64,000 nucleotides of DNA from Obrimoposthia wandeli (taxonomy: Eukaryota), in the NCBI GenBank assembly GCA_977020255.1, contig CDROCS010002451.1:558001-622000 (forward strand). The letters run 5' to 3'. Below, piece by piece: positions 59,581 to 64,000 of this stretch. Below the pieces are notes generated by a model that was not told the DNA's origin, ran no database searches, and saw nothing but the letters and a program-made list of their open reading frames with translations. Within the stretch, counting starts at the first letter, position 1. Each line of letters starts with the position of its first letter. The position numbers were made by a program, and so were the translations under genes.

Positions 59581-62500
59581 CGTTTAAACATTTATTTTTA
59601 TATGTTGAAACTTAATTTTACATGCTAACTCTCACATCTTTGTGTAACGACCTATTCAATTTTGTATCTATGTATGTTTAATTAATCTATTATGAGCATA
59701 AAATTGTGGTTTCTTATGAAAAAGCAAGATTTTCTATCTCAAAAGCCTGATATGATACACAAAATCGTATTTCAGTTTTGGATTCAGAACCCCAAAATTA
59801 GATAAAATCCTTTGGAATACAGAAAATTGTATTAAGTATTTAAGTAATACAGTAGTTGTGATTGTATATTCAACAGTTAAGTGCCTGCCATTCGTGTAAA
59901 AGGACCGTATGAAATATTAATATTCTTCTAAATTTATTGATTCAAAATTAGCTTACTTCTATCATTGACTATCTTGGTCTGTATTTCGCACCAATAGTTG
60001 CCTTGAGCTAAATGCCTACTAGTGTAACATTTCTCTAACATTTTCTCCACTCACATTCCCAATACAGGTTTCAATTAGGGAACGCCATCTCTCATATTCT
60101 TAGTCTTTCCTCAAAAAATCGGAATCGTTAACTATTTTAATCTCCTCAAATCTCCATCTGGTCTAACATCTCCATAATCTCTGGTTGATGCATTATACTA
60201 AGATTTGAAATACTAGAACGCACACTCACTGATCTCCCAACTCTATCTTTGATTATATTTCCCCAAATTTCTTCCAACTCATGAGATTTACTCTCGATCG
60301 CTGCTAACACAACCTCAAACTGTCTCGCTATCTCATCATTTTCCATTTTTTGTTGAGTAAATTATCTGTTATTACAAAGGGTCTGTCCAATGTCTAAGAA
60401 AAGTAGAAATAATTTGAGTTACCTGCTATAATGAAGGTCAGTTCATGTTCACAACCATTATTGCAGCAGTTCCAAAATTTTGTAATACGATAATTAAAAT
60501 GGATGAGAACAAAAATATCATAATCAGTGCAAAAATACTATCAGATGTACATTTTAGTTTCCTCTAGTGTTCTTTATTATTTTCAAAATAAAACAAATAC
60601 GCAAAGAAATAAACGTATTAAATCCTCGATTTTAGTAATATTTTTGTTTCTTTCCGGCCAATATCGATATTTTCGATTTGATTCAAGCACTTATTCACTT
60701 TTCAGCTGAAAATCCTGTCTAAAGTAGAATGTGTAGGATTCCTCGATTGTCTGTACTGTGTAAGTCTGCTAAACCAGAGTGAATCACAGCGCAGGAGTGA
60801 CCTTGAAATTTGTCTGCTGACCTGTGACCCACTTCAAGGCCAGTTGGTCCGCGCGATAAGCTGATATGGGTCTCAGTAACACTACTCGGTCGTTAGTTGG
60901 TTCTAGGTAGTTGTTTATCATAAATGATCAGTGAATTTAGCCAGGAAATTGTATTGATTTTCTAAGGTAAAAATTCTTGTTCAGCGATGGTGAACAATCG
61001 GCCTAATTTAATATTTCAGTGATTCGTCTCCTTTGTCATATTTGATAAAATTGTCTGTGGATAATTTGTTAATTGAATCATCTAAATATTATTACCCCAG
61101 ATATTTCTTGAATCATCAGATTTGACTAGACTGAAATCAAGTTTTACAACAAACATAAAATTCCTTCCGTTTCTAAACAATTTTTAAATGTACATATCGT
61201 ATATTCCCATGCGCGTTACTATGTTGTACTAGGAAATTGGGTTTTAAATAAATACATTTTAAAAATCGCTCCAACGGGAAATTGTAACAACATTATATTT
61301 TGTAAATTTAATAATTTAAGAAGATTTGTGATTTACACTTTGATAACTTCCTTAGAAAATTGAAATAGTTTTGATCGCTTTATTTGACAATTGAAAGTAA
61401 TAATAAAATGTCCGAGAATGAGTATTACTTCACGCGACTTTTGCATTACGGTTTTTCACATACGCAATTTGCAGTTGGCATGCAAAGTTTACGCAGGTAT
61501 AAAGATTATTAAGGTTTCCATCATAAGCAGATTTGTATCTCCTGGTCGGATTCTTTTTAAGTATTGCATTAGAAATTTGAGTTTTTGAATTGAATATTAT
61601 GCTTGTAACTACGTCATACATTTCGAATTCTCGGAATACAGTTCTATGGTGACTTCCGAGCACCTGGTTTTTCAAGTTCGCCAAACTCAATTGTGCTGAA
61701 CAAAGCAAAGGAGTTAGTGCTAAGCATTCTTTGTCTATTTGTGTTAAGATAAAAGGCAATATTTATATGGTTTTTTACCTATTTAGTGTTTTTGATGTTG
61801 ATAGTACAGATTTTTAAATTAATATTTAAGATAGTAATTGAAATTATATAATTTATATCTGAAATTTTGTTTAACAGGTTTATTTGAAAATCCCTCCCTA
61901 AAAATGATTGATTCCATTTTGTAAAGATATAACTAAACATATTTGTATTGTTACATATTCACAAAAATAGCGATTGGATGTGGGGAAATGTCATTACTTA
62001 TTGGTCTTTATAGTGCAGTTTCAAGAATATAGTGGAGTCTTTTACATCCAAAATCATATCATAAGAAAGTCTGTAACTTTTTAATTTTCTTAACTTCGAA
62101 ACATAAATTCCGAATTTTCATTAGATTGAAAGTTAAATTTTACTTTTTTCTAACATAGAAACTATAACGATAATAAACGAAAAGTGTAAATGAAAATAAT
62201 AGTCATTTTACTGAATTATAAAAAGAATAATTTGCTTTGCTTTAAAAAATATTTTTAGTTTTTTTATTTCTTACATGTTGAAAATTAAAAGGTTCGCAGA
62301 CTTTTGATATTTTACTTCTCGGTGTAAAAAGAGTTAACCATCTTTAAAGCCTGTTACAATTAAATTGTGGACAAATTATGAGTGAATATTAAAACTCAAT
62401 TTTGCTGACCCTGTCAGCCAATTACATACGCATACTTCACTTGTCAATGATATTGAGCACATGCAATTGATGACACTGTCTCAGATACAGAATACTTCAA

Positions 62501-63526
62501 ATGAGGTGCTCCTCAAGGTTCGATTCTATATAATAGCCAGACATGAATGATGTTCAAACTACGAGGGAAAATTGTTGATGTCGAATTTTGAATAAAAAGT
62601 GTGGATTCTTGACATTTTTAAGATGTCATTAGGAAGTGTGCTTTTGGTATGGGTAATTTTTTGTCAGATATGACAGCTAAATATCCATGAAACAGACAAC
62701 AATGTTCCATTGGCTATCGATCAATGCCAGAATTGAATTCAAGAAACTACATATTATCAAAAAAGTATTCTCTCACAAAATATCAAATATTTATATGATC
62801 TTATTGAACATGTGATGTTAGGATACATGATTATAAGTGCACTTTGATTAAGAAATTCTCATAGAGTTAAGGAAAATTTGAAATTTGTTCTCTGAATATT
62901 TTCATCAATATACCGAAGAATATAAGAAACTGTAAAATGTTCAAAAATGTCATGTAGCAGCATTCAGAATATTTTATAAAAATTAAATGGAATACATAAA
63001 GCTCTTCTGAGTAATAAGTCACTAATTTATTAAATATTAGTGCAAAATTAAATATGTTATGTTGTTATTTAAATTCAAAGCTTTTGTATCATGAATTAAT
63101 TTAAGTAGTTGTGTAAAACAAATGTAAAAATAAAAGTTGTATTTATAAAATTATTTGATTTTTTACAAAATCAATGGCCGAAATAAACTTTATTGAAAGA
63201 CTTACAATATTAAAGGTATTATATAATTTAAATTTTATTTAAGTCTGATTTTCGTAGAAAGCTTCTTTAGTCAGAAATAAGTTGCGATAATTTCTGTCTG
63301 ATAAATGAATATTTTAATCGATTTCTTTAATAAAACGATATAATACTTTTTAATTTTTATAAAAAACTTGTGCAGAAATGCTTGTTTGCATAAAAAATAA
63401 ATTATATTATTATAAATTAACTACATCGACTTTTAACAATTAAAAAGAACAATATCTATATTGCAGAAATCAATTATGACAACTTAGAAGATAATGTGAA
63501 ATAAGAAATTGTATTCTTTTCTTCAG

Positions 63527-63575
63527 GTTCGAATGGGTCCACTTCTACCACAGCTGCAAGAACAATCAGGCCTCC
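63527..63575 (+). other. Putative 49-nt host exon
   Basis: TTCTTTTCTTCAG| acceptor and |GTAAGT donor around a GC-richer segment. Gene assignment unknown (possibly a later ZC2HC1A exon). Confidence 0.45.
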
Positions 63576-63657
63576 GTAAGTTCTCTATCCTTTTTATTCC
63601 AACACATAAAACTGTTGTGAATTTGTGTATAATTGAGATGTCAGCTCGATGCTGTGC

Positions 63658-63895
63658 ATAATCGAGGTTGTGCCTGATCGAGATTGTGTATGATCGAGGT
63701 TGTGCATGATATAGGTTGTGTATGATGAGGTTCTGTATGATCGAGGTTGTAAATGATCGAGGTTGTGCATGATCGAGGTTGTGTATGATCAAGTTTTGTG
63801 CATGATCGAGGTTGTACATGATCGAGGCTGTGCATGATTGAGGCTGGGCATGATAGAGATTGTAGATCGAAGTTGTACATGATCGAGGTTCTGTC
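63658..63895. repeat. 16-bp minisatellite ATGATCGAGGTTGTGC, about 14 imperfect units
   Basis: Directly visible. Confidence 0.9.
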
Positions 63896-64000
63896 CTGTG
63901 GTCAATGACCCTTCATATGTACAACCTTTAGGGGAGGAGTCAGCAGCAAACCCAGCGCTACAGTGGGTCCCCAGCCTCGTACCGGTACCACCCCTGTTGG

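Noticed and set aside
60146-61759. Minus-strand ORFs (60146-60346, 61430-61759) that look like exons of a host gene
   Set aside because: Plausibly coding, but I could not join them with consistent splice phases or recognise a domain, so no call is made.

Overview
AT-rich eukaryotic (animal) genomic DNA, dominated by mobile elements. The very short introns (34-46 nt) and repeat content would fit a flatworm such as a planarian, but that is only an inference. The window holds two related but diverged Polinton/Maverick (adintovirus-like) elements in opposite orientation. Element A (1-~6105, + strand) is only its PolB end: capsid C-terminus, adenain protease, DEDD-like ORF and protein-primed PolB. 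Element B (~35834-50074, - strand) is nearly complete: PolB, DEDD-like ORF, adenain, major capsid, pVI-like protein, penton, integrase, basic protein, packaging ATPase and accessory ORFs. B ends in ACTACT on the right and sits between the protease and integrase remnants of a Gypsy element. Both copies carry a few stops or frameshifts. Notable points: (1) spliceosomal introns, including 35-42 nt introns after tiny start-codon exons, conserved in both Polintons; (2) a STYX-like catalytically dead dual-specificity phosphatase carried by element B; (3) a 173-bp element with AGTAG termini and a 6-bp TSD, i.e. Polinton-type ends with no genes; (4) terminal-repeat sequence amplified inside the PolB intron; (5) four stop/start overlaps among the core genes and a QxG(G/xG) motif shared by three small basic proteins. 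Between the Polintons are three solo LTRs with internal tandem arrays, a near-intact hAT (Buster/Charlie) transposon, a hAT MITE, a Merlin relic and two hammerhead-like repeats. The right end holds a host ZC2HC1A-like gene whose introns contain a TA-flanked MITE and a Tc1 relic, followed by a 28S rRNA fragment and a Chapaev3-like relic. All identifications come from motif recognition by eye; no searches were run.
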